IMG/VR virus record: IMGVR_UViG_3300018475_000128
DNA length: 64,000 nt
Source: an uncultured virus (IMG/VR IMGVR_UViG_3300018475_000128)
Lineage: Duplodnaviria; Heunggongvirae; Uroviricota; Caudoviricetes
Reading direction: 5' to 3' (one strand)
Shown here: one piece after another, positions 16,807-27,187 of the stretch
How the letters are laid out: every line of letters starts with the position of its first letter
Numbering within the stretch: position 1 is the stretch's first letter
Translations under genes and position numbers: made by a program
The notes under the pieces: model-generated
Seen by the model: the letters and a program-made list of their open reading frames with translations, nothing else
What the model was told of the DNA's origin: nothing
Database searches by the model: none

Positions 16807-19800
16807 TTATAGTTTTAAATTAGGGTTTCTTTTAAGTAGTTCTTCATCGTTATACCAAGGAAGATCATTTTGGTCTTCGGTTGGATAATTAGTTGGTGGT
16901 TTAATTATGGATGAAGGACCTATATAAGGATCATCCGATGCAAAGAATTCGAAATCACCAAACTGAGATATAGTTTCAACAGCAGCATCGACCAACTTAT
17001 CGTAATATGATCTGTCGATGTCAGCTTCTTTATTGAATGACCTTACCTTTTCAGATTCAAGCCATCTATATCCCTTTGCACCAGTTACAGAATCGTACTT
17101 GATGTTACCGTCCTTATCCTTCATTTCCTTAACCAGATCGGCACCACCAAAGCCGGGTTTAATCGGACAGAAGTTACCAACTCGTCCTATGAATATACGG
17201 TTATGACCTTCTGCGATTTTAGCTTCAAGTTCCTCATCAGTCATATTAGAATATGAGTCAAGAAGTCGTCCTTCGCTCTTAGTGAGTTGATCACCAGACT
17301 TAGTACGCAAACTCATAACTGTTTCATACTTAGTAACGTCAGGCAACTCTTCGTTCATATCCAAATATATAGCGGTACCCTGAACTTCTTTAGTTTCACA
17401 CATGTCTTCAAAGACAACATCTTCTTTACTAAAGAGTTTCTTAAATACATAAGGTACAGCAAACTGAGCACCTGTAGCAGTCCAGCAGCCAGCTTTCTTA
17501 CCGTCCTTAAACTTCGCAATATATACAGCGTTGTTAACCAGACAGAACTTTTCAAAGTTAGCTTCTGTTTCAAATGTATAACCAAATTCTTTACCGAAGT
17601 CACAAATGAATTGTTTAATTTCTTCGGTAGCGTCTGGAATCTTTATTGAGTCAGTCTTAATATGAGCTACAGTAAATCCTCGTTTCTGAACTTCCTGCTT
17701 AAGAAGAGTCATGAACAATGCGCCACGTTTAGCAACAATGTTATCGATATTACGAGGATCTCTGAACGGATTAGCGAATGACGCTTTAGTCAGACCATAA
17801 ATTGAGTTAATAACAATCTTAAGAGCCTGAGCAAGGTCAGCTGCTTGTTCTTCATTCAGATAAGGTTTAAGAGCACCGCCTAGCAATGTACCAGCAAGTT
17901 CGAAGTCTTTATGTTTAATAGCTACACGAGCTTGTACGATTTCTTCAAATCGTTTAGTAAATGTAGGACCAAACAGACGTTCAAATATAATACTATGAGG
18001 ATGCTGAGATGCAATATCGCCATCCCAAACATCTCCGTACATACCGGGTTCTGCAAAGACTCGTCCACCTTCACCGATGTCTTCACCAAGAAATGTAGAC
18101 TTACCTCGTTCGTATTTATAACCTTTAAAGAAAGGCAGAATACTATAACCATAAGGAAGTTTCTCTCCAGGTACATAAGATCTGTACAATGGCAAACCAT
18201 TATCGTCGAATACACGGAAATCGTAATCGTCACCGAACTTACGTCTGTATTCTTCGTATTGGTCACTTCCAACTGGCTGTGACATATCACGATAGTTAAA
18301 CTCATTTTGAGGTTTACGGTTGTTACCAAATATAATCTTTTGTGACAAAGAGTTTGTGGTGTCATTAACCGAAACAGTACTCATTCCATGCAGCAATTTA
18401 ACCAGATCAACCTGAATCTGTCTTGCTACAAAATCTGCTTGAGTAGCATTCCACACAGCTTCAGTCGCAATTACGTCGTTATCACAATATTCAGCAACCT
18501 CAGCCCACTGTTCTTCAGGTACTGGTTGATCCCAAGGAAGACCAAGTTCCTGATGGTGAATGCCGAGTTCAATTTCCCATTTCTTAAGACTTTGCTTTTT
18601 CGATGCGTAGTCATAAATATCAGTGTATGAGATATTGTATGCTTCACCAAAGAAGCAATTGAGATTTTGACCCTTCTTAGAGTTAACGATTTTCTGAGAT
18701 AGATTATACATCTGCATGTTATCGTAACCCATAAGACGTGCATAAAGCATGTGGTTATCGTATCGTCTACAGTTAAATCCTACTAATCTATAATGTAGCA
18801 ACTGTTCAATATCAGTCTGAGACGGATTTATCATTCGAACGATTGGTTTACCCTCACCTTGAATCTTCCAGTTAACAAGAAATAGGTTTGGGAATACTTC
18901 CACGTCGTAGAATACAATCGGTTGTTCATCATTTAGCACTGATGGTGCTGGTTCTTCTGACTTAAACTTCATCTGATTAACAAGCTTAAGACAGTAATCG
19001 GCTTGGTTTGTGCTGTTTGCAGCAAATGCAAATATAGCGTTCTTCATGTCACTAACATCGTAACAAAGACCACTATTGTACGCATCTTCAAGGTTCTTAT
19101 GAATAAAGTCAACCGAGCATTTAGTCGACGAATGGTACTCTTTATTGAGATTGCGTTTGAGAAGTGTTCGTAACATCTTCTCGTTCTTAATCCCTTCAAA
19201 ATTAATCACTTTATCATCCCCCTTCAACGGCAAGCCAGAGCTTATCGTAGCAATGGGAACATCATTACATTTAGTTAACATTCGCCTTAGCGAGCTCTTG
19301 CCGGTGAATACTTTGATTTCAATATTATCGTTGTCATCACTAACACGACTTAGCTTGTTTGCATCACCAGTATAAATATAATGTAAGTGAATACCGGCTC
19401 CGCTTTTACTAAGTTCTGCGTACGTAGCCGGCCATTTACTAGCCTCTTCAAGGTTCTTTTGGAATGACTTATTGCCATATTCGTCTTTAAGATCGAAGTC
19501 AATAACAATATGGTTTTCCGGAACCTTTACATAATGGAGTCTAGAAGTGTCCAGCTGAGATAGTGTCGTTTTAACATTATCCCATTTACTTATAGGTGTT
19601 TCTTTGGAACTAGCATACTGAGCGAAATATCCAGCACATTCCTTATCAAATATCGATTCTGCAGCATCGAAGTTGATAAGATGAGGCTTAGATATATCTG
19701 CTTTTGTTTTTTCCTGTTTATTAGTCCGTTTACGTTCGCGATGATCTTCGAATTTATCTAATCGGAAACCACGATAATAGCTTCTAAATCTATTACCATC

Positions 19801-21045
19801 TTCCGTTTCAAATCGCTCATTAAATTCTTTAAAGTAGTTTTTAAGTTCTTCTTTAAAGTTTCGTTGAGAAAACGGATAAGTTATCTTCGCTTCCTCTACG
19901 TATGTCTTATACATTTCCCAAGCAGCTTTTAATGTCGTGCCATCTTCTCTTTTAAATACATGATAAGAGTCGATAACGAAGTTGTAGAAATCGTTAGTTG
20001 CGCCCATCATGCTATTAGGAACATAGTCGTCATAAATGTTTGGATCGTCAAGATATACATCGCGGCAATGAGAAGCGATCGCTCCAAGTTCGAACTCTAC
20101 CTGTTTAACTGCTTTTCTATATTCCCTGACTCCCAACTTTCTACCAGACGGTGATACGTCTATCAATCGCCTCAGTAGTCCTGATTTACCGTCAGTAATT
20201 TTAACAGGTCTGTTGGTTCCCATGAATAAGAAACATTTAAACTGTGCTTTGTATTCGGATTTAAATTTTTCATTAATAGGCATCACTTCGTGAGATACAA
20301 GGCTGTTAAGTCTCGTGTTATCCTCAATTCTAGACAAGTCGCCATCGTGCTGAATCGCAACTAGAGGATTAGACTTAAAAGACTCAAGCGCGAATACGTT
20401 ACTGCTTGAGCCTAATGCCTTTGCATCAAATACTGTATGATACCCATCAAATAACTGCTGAATAACATTTAATATAGTAGACTTACCAGTACCAGCCTCA
20501 CCATATAAAACCAGAAACTTTTGAAGTGTCTTTGAGTCACCGGTTACAATAGAACCGATAGCCCATTCAAGTTTATGTCGCTCGTCCTCATCGTACAATG
20601 TGGATATGAGCTTGTCCCAGGCTTCGATACTTCCCGATTCTAGTGGATAATTCAGCCTTTTACTAGCATAGTCCTTTTTATTAGTTTCGGTGTTCGAGAA
20701 TATAAGCTTTTCGTCAAGAGGATTGAAATTATCTCGACATTGTCTTTGGCAATACTTGTGCCATACATCAATCATTCCAGATTCGGCATCCCACATGTAT
20801 AAAGGACGAACAGTACTATTAAACTGTCCCTTATGTTCTTGTATATATCTGGTGGTCTCTCGGTCAACAAGAGTGATCACGTCTTGTTCATCGGTTGACC
20901 ATAATCCACGATCCTCAACCCAGATTGCATAGAAGTCGCCGCCTCGAATCATTAGGTCTTCGGATCTTATCATTTTGAATTTTGGATATACTTCCGTTGT
21001 GCCATTTTTTGTCGTTCGTGTTCCAATGGTAAAAAAGTCAAGCAT
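16807..21045 (-). CDS. fused SF3 helicase / primase-like / family B DNA polymerase
   Basis: Walker A GEAGTGKST, FMGTN; DFD...HLHY primase-like segment; exonuclease FYDVEV, GFNCRRYD, YCDNDV; PolB DIASQHP, KIVINSIYG, HIKTDS. Confidence 0.85.
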   Translation of the reverse strand: MLDFFTIGTRTTKNGTTEVYPKFKMIRSEDLMIRGGDFYAIWVEDRGLWSTDEQDVITLVDRETTRYIQEHKGQFNSTVRPLYMWDAESGMIDVWHKYCQRQCRDNFNPLDEKLIFSNTETNKKDYASKRLNYPLESGSIEAWDKLISTLYDEDERHKLEWAIGSIVTGDSKTLQKFLVLYGEAGTGKSTILNVIQQLFDGYHTVFDAKALGSSSNVFALESFKSNPLVAIQHDGDLSRIEDNTRLNSLVSHEVMPINEKFKSEYKAQFKCFLFMGTNRPVKITDGKSGLLRRLIDVSPSGRKLGVREYRKAVKQVEFELGAIASHCRDVYLDDPNIYDDYVPNSMMGATNDFYNFVIDSYHVFKREDGTTLKAAWEMYKTYVEEAKITYPFSQRNFKEELKNYFKEFNERFETEDGNRFRSYYRGFRLDKFEDHRERKRTNKQEKTKADISKPHLINFDAAESIFDKECAGYFAQYASSKETPISKWDNVKTTLSQLDTSRLHYVKVPENHIVIDFDLKDEYGNKSFQKNLEEASKWPATYAELSKSGAGIHLHYIYTGDANKLSRVSDDNDNIEIKVFTGKSSLRRMLTKCNDVPIATISSGLPLKGDDKVINFEGIKNEKMLRTLLKRNLNKEYHSSTKCSVDFIHKNLEDAYNSGLCYDVSDMKNAIFAFAANSTNQADYCLKLVNQMKFKSEEPAPSVLNDEQPIVFYDVEVFPNLFLVNWKIQGEGKPIVRMINPSQTDIEQLLHYRLVGFNCRRYDNHMLYARLMGYDNMQMYNLSQKIVNSKKGQNLNCFFGEAYNISYTDIYDYASKKQSLKKWEIELGIHHQELGLPWDQPVPEEQWAEVAEYCDNDVIATEAVWNATQADFVARQIQVDLVKLLHGMSTVSVNDTTNSLSQKIIFGNNRKPQNEFNYRDMSQPVGSDQYEEYRRKFGDDYDFRVFDDNGLPLYRSYVPGEKLPYGYSILPFFKGYKYERGKSTFLGEDIGEGGRVFAEPGMYGDVWDGDIASQHPHSIIFERLFGPTFTKRFEEIVQARVAIKHKDFELAGTLLGGALKPYLNEEQAADLAQALKIVINSIYGLTKASFANPFRDPRNIDNIVAKRGALFMTLLKQEVQKRGFTVAHIKTDSIKIPDATEEIKQFICDFGKEFGYTFETEANFEKFCLVNNAVYIAKFKDGKKAGCWTATGAQFAVPYVFKKLFSKEDVVFEDMCETKEVQGTAIYLDMNEELPDVTKYETVMSLRTKSGDQLTKSEGRLLDSYSNMTDEELEAKIAEGHNRIFIGRVGNFCPIKPGFGGADLVKEMKDKDGNIKYDSVTGAKGYRWLESEKVRSFNKEADIDRSYYDKLVDAAVETISQFGDFEFFASDDPYIGPSSIIKPPTNYPTEDQNDLPWYNDEELLKRNPNLKL

Positions 21046-21073
21046 TACATTCTGCCACCTCCTTCCCGAAAAA

Positions 21074-21613
21074 TCACATAATACTGTCTAAATACCAACT
21101 GAGCTGACACCATATTTCGACAGTCCGTAAATCGTGATTACAATGCTTGACTGTAAACAAACCGCCTTTACCGTCCGGTTCGTATTCTCTGTTTAATAGC
21201 CTAGCAATTACATCGTCAACATATTTTCTATCAAAATTAGAATCTCGCATAGAACTAAGACCAAGATTACGAATCATTCCCCAGAACCACTGTCCGGTAC
21301 GATTACCAAACTCTGCATTATCCATCCATTCCTCACATCTAAGTGCGAGTGCAATCATCATTTCTAATACACTACATGGTCCTGTTAAATATTTTTGTAA
21401 TCCAATATCGTTCCTACTCAAAGCGAATCTTCGTCTGACTTGGATTCCATCGTCTGCGCGATTATCATCGTTCGGAACAAACCATGTGAATTCAATATTA
21501 TGCAGATGCATTAACAATTTTCTATAAGAATTCTGTTTTGCAAACCGCATACTATCAATTAATTCACACAGATATTCAAAATATTCGTCGTTTATCTGAT
21601 CTCCATAAGTCAT
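21074..21613 (-). CDS. conserved phage hypothetical protein
   Basis: DDNRADDG, CSVLEMMIALA, GKGGLF, EIWCQ. Confidence 0.65.
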   Translation of the reverse strand: MTYGDQINDEYFEYLCELIDSMRFAKQNSYRKLLMHLHNIEFTWFVPNDDNRADDGIQVRRRFALSRNDIGLQKYLTGPCSVLEMMIALALRCEEWMDNAEFGNRTGQWFWGMIRNLGLSSMRDSNFDRKYVDDVIARLLNREYEPDGKGGLFTVKHCNHDLRTVEIWCQLSWYLDSIM

Positions 21614-22257
21614 TAGTCGTCTACCTGTACGGGGCCGACACTTCTTGCTTCATCGTATGTTCGATAATCTTTTAAGATTTGGAAATCAGTACTTAATCGT
21701 TCGTTTCGGACAAATACTGAGTCATCCTCATACTCGCCGAACGTAGTCAACGCATTTGGACCGATAAGTTCATCTACGTCTTCTACAATATTATAATCCT
21801 CGTCTTCAAGGATACCGTCCGTATAGTATGTCAATTCGATTTGACTATAGTCGTCGAGTTCACCAAAATCATACGGACTTATTACATAAGGAGGTTTAAA
21901 ACTCATGTCTTCTACCCCTCCTTTCTCTCCAGTATAATTAGAAGCCAATTCCTCATACTCGATTTTCTCAGCTTCTGTAAATTCTTCTTCGTCTTCATCG
22001 ACGATGTCTTCAAGTTCAGACCAATTTATTTTTCGGGAAGGTTCCGAGGATTCTTCTTCCTCTTCTTCGTCTTCTGATTCTGTTTCGTCTTCTGAATCTT
22101 GGAAGTTATCAACTCTATCTGCGAATGCTTCCTTAACAGAATCAATTTCTTCTTGAATTATGCGATCGTACTTGGTTTTTACCAGTTTCCAAGTTACTGC
22201 GGAGCCAATAGCGGCCCCAGCAGCAAACATGAGCACATTAGTAATCTTCGATTTCAT
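21613..22257 (-). CDS. acidic protein with N-terminal membrane anchor
   Basis: FAAGAAIGSAVTW; PYVISP, FGEYEDDSVFVRN. Confidence 0.65.
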   Translation of the reverse strand: MKSKITNVLMFAAGAAIGSAVTWKLVKTKYDRIIQEEIDSVKEAFADRVDNFQDSEDETESEDEEEEEESSEPSRKINWSELEDIVDEDEEEFTEAEKIEYEELASNYTGEKGGVEDMSFKPPYVISPYDFGELDDYSQIELTYYTDGILEDEDYNIVEDVDELIGPNALTTFGEYEDDSVFVRNERLSTDFQILKDYRTYDEARSVGPVQVDD

Positions 22258-22423
22258 CTTCGTCCATAATCTCCTTTTCATCAATTTTTAAGGTCATGAC
22301 GGTTAATGCTAACCCACTAAATAATAATGAAACACTTATGAGCGCACCACCTAATATATGTCTTTTAGTTCTAGTTCCCAAAGTCTTTTCCAACATAGCG
22401 ACAATGTGATTTAGTCTGTCCAT
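22238..22423 (-). CDS. small membrane protein
   Basis: HILGGALISVSLLFSGLALTVM. Confidence 0.55.
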   Translation of the reverse strand: MDRLNHIVAMLEKTLGTRTKRHILGGALISVSLLFSGLALTVMTLKIDEKEIMDEDEIEDY

Positions 22424-22529
22424 ATTAAAGACTCGCTTCGCTTGACAATAACACGAAACCACATACAAAGCTGATTCCTGCCATTGCTGCTAGAGTGTAA
22501 GACACGACAGTAGGTTTAACTTTCATTTC

Positions 22530-22790
22530 TTATGCCCCATTTCCATTTTGAATTGTAATACGTGGATCTGCTACATCTTTACAGAAATACAGAGTATCAC
22601 CTATCTTAGTTCCTTTTAACATTTTACAGTGATACCATGCTCGAATAGTTGCAACACCAACACCGAATTTAACAGCTGCTTCTTTTTCAGTCATGAAACC
22701 GATAAAGAAACCGTCTTCGAGTACTATGGTGTTTTCGAGATTATTCTGTAAAATATACAAGATTAATTCCTTACCCGTCATATGTTTCAT
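22530..22790 (-). CDS. HTH (MerR/excisionase-like) DNA-binding protein
   Basis: MTEKEAAVKFGVGVATIRAW. Confidence 0.6.
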   Translation of the reverse strand: MKHMTGKELILYILQNNLENTIVLEDGFFIGFMTEKEAAVKFGVGVATIRAWYHCKMLKGTKIGDTLYFCKDVADPRITIQNGNGA

Positions 22791-22854
22791 CCTTTCAAGG
22801 GCAACCGTAGTCCAGTAAGTCTCGCCAATAGTTACCGGAACCGACTCCTACCCT

Positions 22855-23787
22855 TCATAAGTGGTGGAGAATATCTCCATCTACGTTGAACTCAAGCCAT
22901 GTTGAGTACTCAAGACCGTTCATAAAGTTACGAGAAGGCTCACTATGAATATTCAGGATACCGAAGTCGACATAATTATCACCGATCGGATTCTTCTCAT
23001 CATAAATCCAACCAACAGCCTGACCTGCTCGACAGCGTTGAATACCAACCATATCGAGTACTTCATTCAAGAACAAATATCCTCTAGCTTTCAACTTCTC
23101 GTTAGCATAATCTTGCTGACGCATAAGGAAGAACTTATTAGACTCGGCATCGCGTACCCAGCCAGTTGCTGTTTCATCAAAGCAGAAAGTATAAGGACTA
23201 CGTGCACCCACAGGATCTGCTACTTCGACAGTCTTCGTTACAGTCTTTTCCTTACCTTTTTCGTCTACAACAGTTTCTTCAATTTCTTTAGCTTTAATAT
23301 CGTACTTAAGCTCCTTGTCAAGCTGCTCACCGAAGCGCTTAATAACACGACCACGGTACTCTTTAAATCCAGTATCTACAGCTGTATATGCAGCAGCTAA
23401 TGCCAGATTTCTTTTACGTAAAATATTATGACCAGCAAGAATGCTAGTGATTGACAATGCACCGATAGCTACAGCAGGTGCGTATGTTTTAACTAGCTTC
23501 AAACCAGTTTGAGCGTATACAATAGTAAGATCCTTCTTAGCATCTTCCTGAGTATACTCTTCTGCAAATTCAGGATTATCAGCACATTCGTGAATAATAT
23601 CAACATTCTTTTTAGTCTCTTCGATAATAGCGCTTACTTTAGTAGTAGCCTTACAAGCCATTACCGCACCAACAACTGTACCAACAACGCCTGTTACAAC
23701 AAGAATTTCAGGACTATGTTTTTTTAGTTGGAACCCAGCTTTATGAAAAGCACGAGTTGCAACAGTAGTCAATTCATTGATTTTCAT
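22855..23787 (-). CDS. DUF6353-like protein
   Basis: KKHSPEIL + TM + KATTK, ALAAAY, FKEYR, FLNEV, GW, FNVDG. Confidence 0.7.
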   Translation of the reverse strand: MKINELTTVATRAFHKAGFQLKKHSPEILVVTGVVGTVVGAVMACKATTKVSAIIEETKKNVDIIHECADNPEFAEEYTQEDAKKDLTIVYAQTGLKLVKTYAPAVAIGALSITSILAGHNILRKRNLALAAAYTAVDTGFKEYRGRVIKRFGEQLDKELKYDIKAKEIEETVVDEKGKEKTVTKTVEVADPVGARSPYTFCFDETATGWVRDAESNKFFLMRQQDYANEKLKARGYLFLNEVLDMVGIQRCRAGQAVGWIYDEKNPIGDNYVDFGILNIHSEPSRNFMNGLEYSTWLEFNVDGDILHHL

Positions 23788-23789
23788 GA

Positions 23790-24158
23790 TTAATCATTCT
23801 CCTTCTTATTAGATTTGCCATTTGATAAACCGTCGTTTCCGATACACCATAAGAAACGAACATAATTAATAGTATCCTGACACTTCTCCAGGAAGTCTTC
23901 TCTGTTAGAGAAATCGTCACGCTGGACCATATCTCTAAGAGCCACAAGATGCTTGGTCATATAACCCCAACATGCTTGAGCTGGTGTACCTCCAAGCACC
24001 TCGCCGCCTTTGCGGAAATTGTGCAAACTATCGCCATTTGAACTATATCTGGCGTTCTTAGTCTTCAAAGTTTCAAGACTATTACCGTCTAGCTCATCAA
24101 GAAGCTTCTGAAAAACTTCAGGAGACATAGACTCGCTAGTTACTTTTGAATTACTCAT
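23790..24158 (-). CDS. nucleotide-modification-associated (MazG-like/DUF1599-like) protein
   Basis: KNARYS...LHNF...KH...EKCQDTINY. Confidence 0.5.
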   Translation of the reverse strand: MSNSKVTSESMSPEVFQKLLDELDGNSLETLKTKNARYSSNGDSLHNFRKGGEVLGGTPAQACWGYMTKHLVALRDMVQRDDFSNREDFLEKCQDTINYVRFLWCIGNDGLSNGKSNKKEND

Positions 24159-24169
24159 AAATTATCTCC

Positions 24170-24793
24170 TTAATCAATAGGTACTGCTCTAGGCAATCTC
24201 AATACGTATCCATCACGTACTCGTTCAACAGTTACGTTACTTACGTCCATCCAGCCATACTTTTGACTAGTATATGGTGCTGACAACATCGCCATTTCAT
24301 ACAAGTCATTAACTGTAACAAGACCATATCTAGCAACTATATCTTGCATTTGTTGCTTAGCGCTTTCAGCATCTCCACGACTGGGGAATATAACGTCTTC
24401 ATACTCGAATCCGCTATGAACTCTATTAGTCTCTTGAGGTCGATATCCTGGACTATTTTTCTGCTCATAATAGTTTCGATAAGATACCTTACTACCACCA
24501 CTAGAAGAATTCTTATTTTTACCAGTTCCGCCATACAAGAACATATCAATACCGTTTGTAACGATGTCGTAAATGGCTTTCTTAATAGCTGGAACTAATA
24601 CATCCATAAAGATATAGTTCTTTACGCTCGAAACATCCTCAGAAATAAAGATATCGGCTAGCTTACGAACTTCGTTTTTCTTAGTCTTTGCGGGACTCTT
24701 AACTACTTTCTGAATTCGCTTTTCCTCAGAAGCTGCTGTTTTTTGTTCTTCCTTAAATTTATGCGAATTTGGAGTGTATACAGGTTCACTCAT
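24170..24793 (-). CDS. conserved phage hypothetical protein
   Basis: DVLVPAIK, YGLVTVNDLYE, KYGW, GYVLRLP. Confidence 0.65.
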   Translation of the reverse strand: MSEPVYTPNSHKFKEEQKTAASEEKRIQKVVKSPAKTKKNEVRKLADIFISEDVSSVKNYIFMDVLVPAIKKAIYDIVTNGIDMFLYGGTGKNKNSSSGGSKVSYRNYYEQKNSPGYRPQETNRVHSGFEYEDVIFPSRGDAESAKQQMQDIVARYGLVTVNDLYEMAMLSAPYTSQKYGWMDVSNVTVERVRDGYVLRLPRAVPID

Positions 24794-24918
24794 TTTGACT
24801 CATCTCCTTCTGGAACAATCTATTGAAAATAAAAAAAAGAGAATACCTCGTAAAAGGTACCCCTTTTTTGGTTACTACATAAAATACTTACGTAGAAGCG
24901 CTGCTATGTTTTAGCAAC

Positions 24919-25155
24919 TTACTCCATGTCCTCGTCATCTTCATAGACAACTTCATCGGCTTCTTGAGCTGCCTTCTTAGCTTTGACTGCAGCAACGCAT
25001 TTCTTCACAAGTTTAACGCCCGCACCAACTGCGAGAGTCAAACCAGCTCCGATAAGCATCGCTACGCCAGTGCCAATACCAGCTTTCTCATCAGCAACGA
25101 CCTCAGCGTCGATGATTTCGATGTTCTCATAGTTCATGAGTTCCTTGTTTTCCAT
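24919..25155 (-). CDS. small membrane protein (cassette payload)
   Basis: Gly-rich TM segment; promoter motif upstream, terminator at ~24831-24864. Confidence 0.6.
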   Translation of the reverse strand: MENKELMNYENIEIIDAEVVADEKAGIGTGVAMLIGAGLTLAVGAGVKLVKKCVAAVKAKKAAQEADEVVYEDDEDME

Positions 25156-25198
25156 AGTAAATACCTCTCTTTCATAAAATACTTTTACATAGGTTTTC

Positions 25199-25224
25199 CC
25201 ATAATATTACATGTTTTTTACGCG
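25199..25224 (-). promoter_or_regulatory. cassette promoter motif copy 4
   Basis: CGCG TAAAAA ACA TGTAA TATTAT GG. Confidence 0.7.
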
Positions 25225-25237
25225 AATTTTGTATTTG

Positions 25238-26029
25238 TTACATAAAGCACGTATATTGAGGTGCATTCTCAAAATTCAATACCATACACGGTTCGCCTTC
25301 GTGCTCTTCGCCTTCTTCGACCATTTGAGCAGACGGGTAAATCTTGATCATACCGGTATGAAGATTCCATCCCAAGCTTTCACCGACAGTAGTTCCATGT
25401 AGACCAATTTCTGTATAAAAGTCATTTAACGTAACGCCACTATCGAATGGGTTTGTGTTAATTTCGTAGTTTAATGTATTAGCTGCACGATGAATCTTTT
25501 CAAGATCTGAATAGAAATATCTATGAGACAGAGGGTCGAAACATAAAGTATTACCTTTACCAGTGACTATAATATCAGTCTTGTGTACAGGAGTTTGTTC
25601 GACCTGTTCTTTTGAGGTCTTGTCACGTATCGTACGCTCTTTCTTTTCACCAATTGTTTCTACGACTTTATCTCGATACTCAGTAAATGCAGTCTCGGAT
25701 ATCTTATATGCCGTAGCTAAAGCTGAATAACGTTTTGCGTGTACAGAATTAGAACCAATAATACAAGCAATGGCTGCTGTACCGCTAATTGCTGCTGGAA
25801 TATAACACTTCCATGCAGTCTTAACTGTTTCTACCGGAGTAAGCTTATCTACGTCCAGTTCTTGTTTCTTCTGCTCGATCAATTGTATTGCTTTTGGTGT
25901 GGCTTTAACAGCAAGAACGGTAGTAGTTACCATGCCAGTGATTCCTATACCGATAAGGATTTCTGGACTATGCTTTGACAACGATAGTTTCATGTCTCTA
26001 AATGTTTTAGATAGAACTTGTTTGTTCAT
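25238..26029 (-). CDS. DUF6353-like paralog
   Basis: KHSPEIL + TM + KATPKA, ALATAY, FTEYR, LNDFY, LGW. Confidence 0.7.
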   Translation of the reverse strand: MNKQVLSKTFRDMKLSLSKHSPEILIGIGITGMVTTTVLAVKATPKAIQLIEQKKQELDVDKLTPVETVKTAWKCYIPAAISGTAAIACIIGSNSVHAKRYSALATAYKISETAFTEYRDKVVETIGEKKERTIRDKTSKEQVEQTPVHKTDIIVTGKGNTLCFDPLSHRYFYSDLEKIHRAANTLNYEINTNPFDSGVTLNDFYTEIGLHGTTVGESLGWNLHTGMIKIYPSAQMVEEGEEHEGEPCMVLNFENAPQYTCFM

Positions 26030-26094
26030 TTTTATCACATCTCCTTTCTATAAAAACAAAAGAGTCCCTTTTAAAGGACTCTATAAGTTCTTTT

Positions 26095-26259
26095 TTAAGA
26101 CTCTTTTGTTTGGTTCGCAAGTGCTTCTTTGACTTTTTCAGCGATTGTTTCATTCATCTTGTTGTCTTGGTTCTTAGTATTAACAAGGTTTGCACCCAAT
26201 GTTAATGCTGCTCCAAGTCCTAACATAAGATATTTAGTAACTTTCGTTTTATCCATCAT
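26095..26259 (-). CDS. 54-aa cassette payload with hydrophobic segment
   Basis: MMDKTKVTKYLMLGLGAALTLGANL...; RBS; terminator 26052-26082. Confidence 0.55.
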   Translation of the reverse strand: MMDKTKVTKYLMLGLGAALTLGANLVNTKNQDNKMNETIAEKVKEALANQTKES

Positions 26260-26276
26260 CTTAAATCACTTCCTTT

Positions 26277-26302
26277 CCATAACAGGACTTGTATACTTCG
26301 CG
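26277..26302 (-). promoter_or_regulatory. cassette promoter motif copy 5
   Basis: CGCG AAGTAT ACA AGTCC TGTTAT GG. Confidence 0.65.
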
Positions 26303-26304
26303 AG

Positions 26305-27063
26305 TTAGTACATTGTTTCGAAATCTGGGAATGGATCTTGCTCAAACGAAATTAGAATGCACTCTAATCCATCATCCATAACGACTTTTTCATGCTTAAA
26401 GTCAATCCATGTTTGCCAATAAGCTTCCATATTTGCGCCAACAGTCCATCCGAAATCAAAGCCATGCTCGAGTTGATCAGCACCAGTCAGTCTATACCAC
26501 TCGTTTAAGCATACACCGTCTTCTATCATCAGTGCTTTATTAAGCTCGTACTCTGCTCTTTGAACTTCATATGGAGTAGCTTCGAAATATTGCATTGAAT
26601 AAGTGTCATAATATAGTCTTCTACCATCATCTACTTTGATAGGATTCTCTTCGTACTTATCCTTTGCTATTTCGGCTCTTACTTGAGCTCCTGCTTCTTC
26701 GCCATAGAGTTCATCAACTTTTTTACGGTAGTCTTTATAACTACTGTCAGCCAACGCGTACGCACTCATAAGAGAAGCTTGAGCTCGTTGGTTTAGTATG
26801 TTTGCTCCAAATATACATGCTAGTGTTGATACACCCAATACGATTGTAGGCACATAAACAGGAGCTGCTATTTTGACCGTTTCGAACTTAGTAAGTTCAT
26901 CGCCCTTGTCTTCTCTCGCTCTTTCTAATAACAATATAGCTTTTGGTGTAGCCTTTACTGCTGTTACTGTAGTCGCGATGACTCCAGCTGCGCCTACACA
27001 TGTTAGAATTGTAGACGAATTACGTTTGACGAACGCCTGTGACTTGTTTAATAGTTTACTCAT
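26305..27063 (-). CDS. DUF6353-like paralog
   Basis: KRNSSTIL + TM + KATPKA, SLMSAY, YKDYR, LNEWY, FGW. Confidence 0.7.
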   Translation of the reverse strand: MSKLLNKSQAFVKRNSSTILTCVGAAGVIATTVTAVKATPKAILLLERAREDKGDELTKFETVKIAAPVYVPTIVLGVSTLACIFGANILNQRAQASLMSAYALADSSYKDYRKKVDELYGEEAGAQVRAEIAKDKYEENPIKVDDGRRLYYDTYSMQYFEATPYEVQRAEYELNKALMIEDGVCLNEWYRLTGADQLEHGFDFGWTVGANMEAYWQTWIDFKHEKVVMDDGLECILISFEQDPFPDFETMY

Positions 27064-27109
27064 TTTCCTCATCACCTTTCGGGTTATAGTGAAAAGATAA
27101 AAAGAAAAG

Positions 27110-27181
27110 TTTACGTACGGGAGTCGAACCCGCAACCAACAGATATTAAATCTGGTGCTCTACCAATTGAGCTAACGATTA
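27110..27181 (-). ncRNA. degenerate tRNA-like RNA (cassette payload)
   Basis: D arm GCTC-AATTGGTA-GAGC, CAGA-TTTAATA-TCTG, T arm GCGGG-TTCGACT-CCCGT; acceptor stem only 3 contiguous bp, no CCA. Confidence 0.6.
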
Positions 27182-27187
27182 CCTTTC

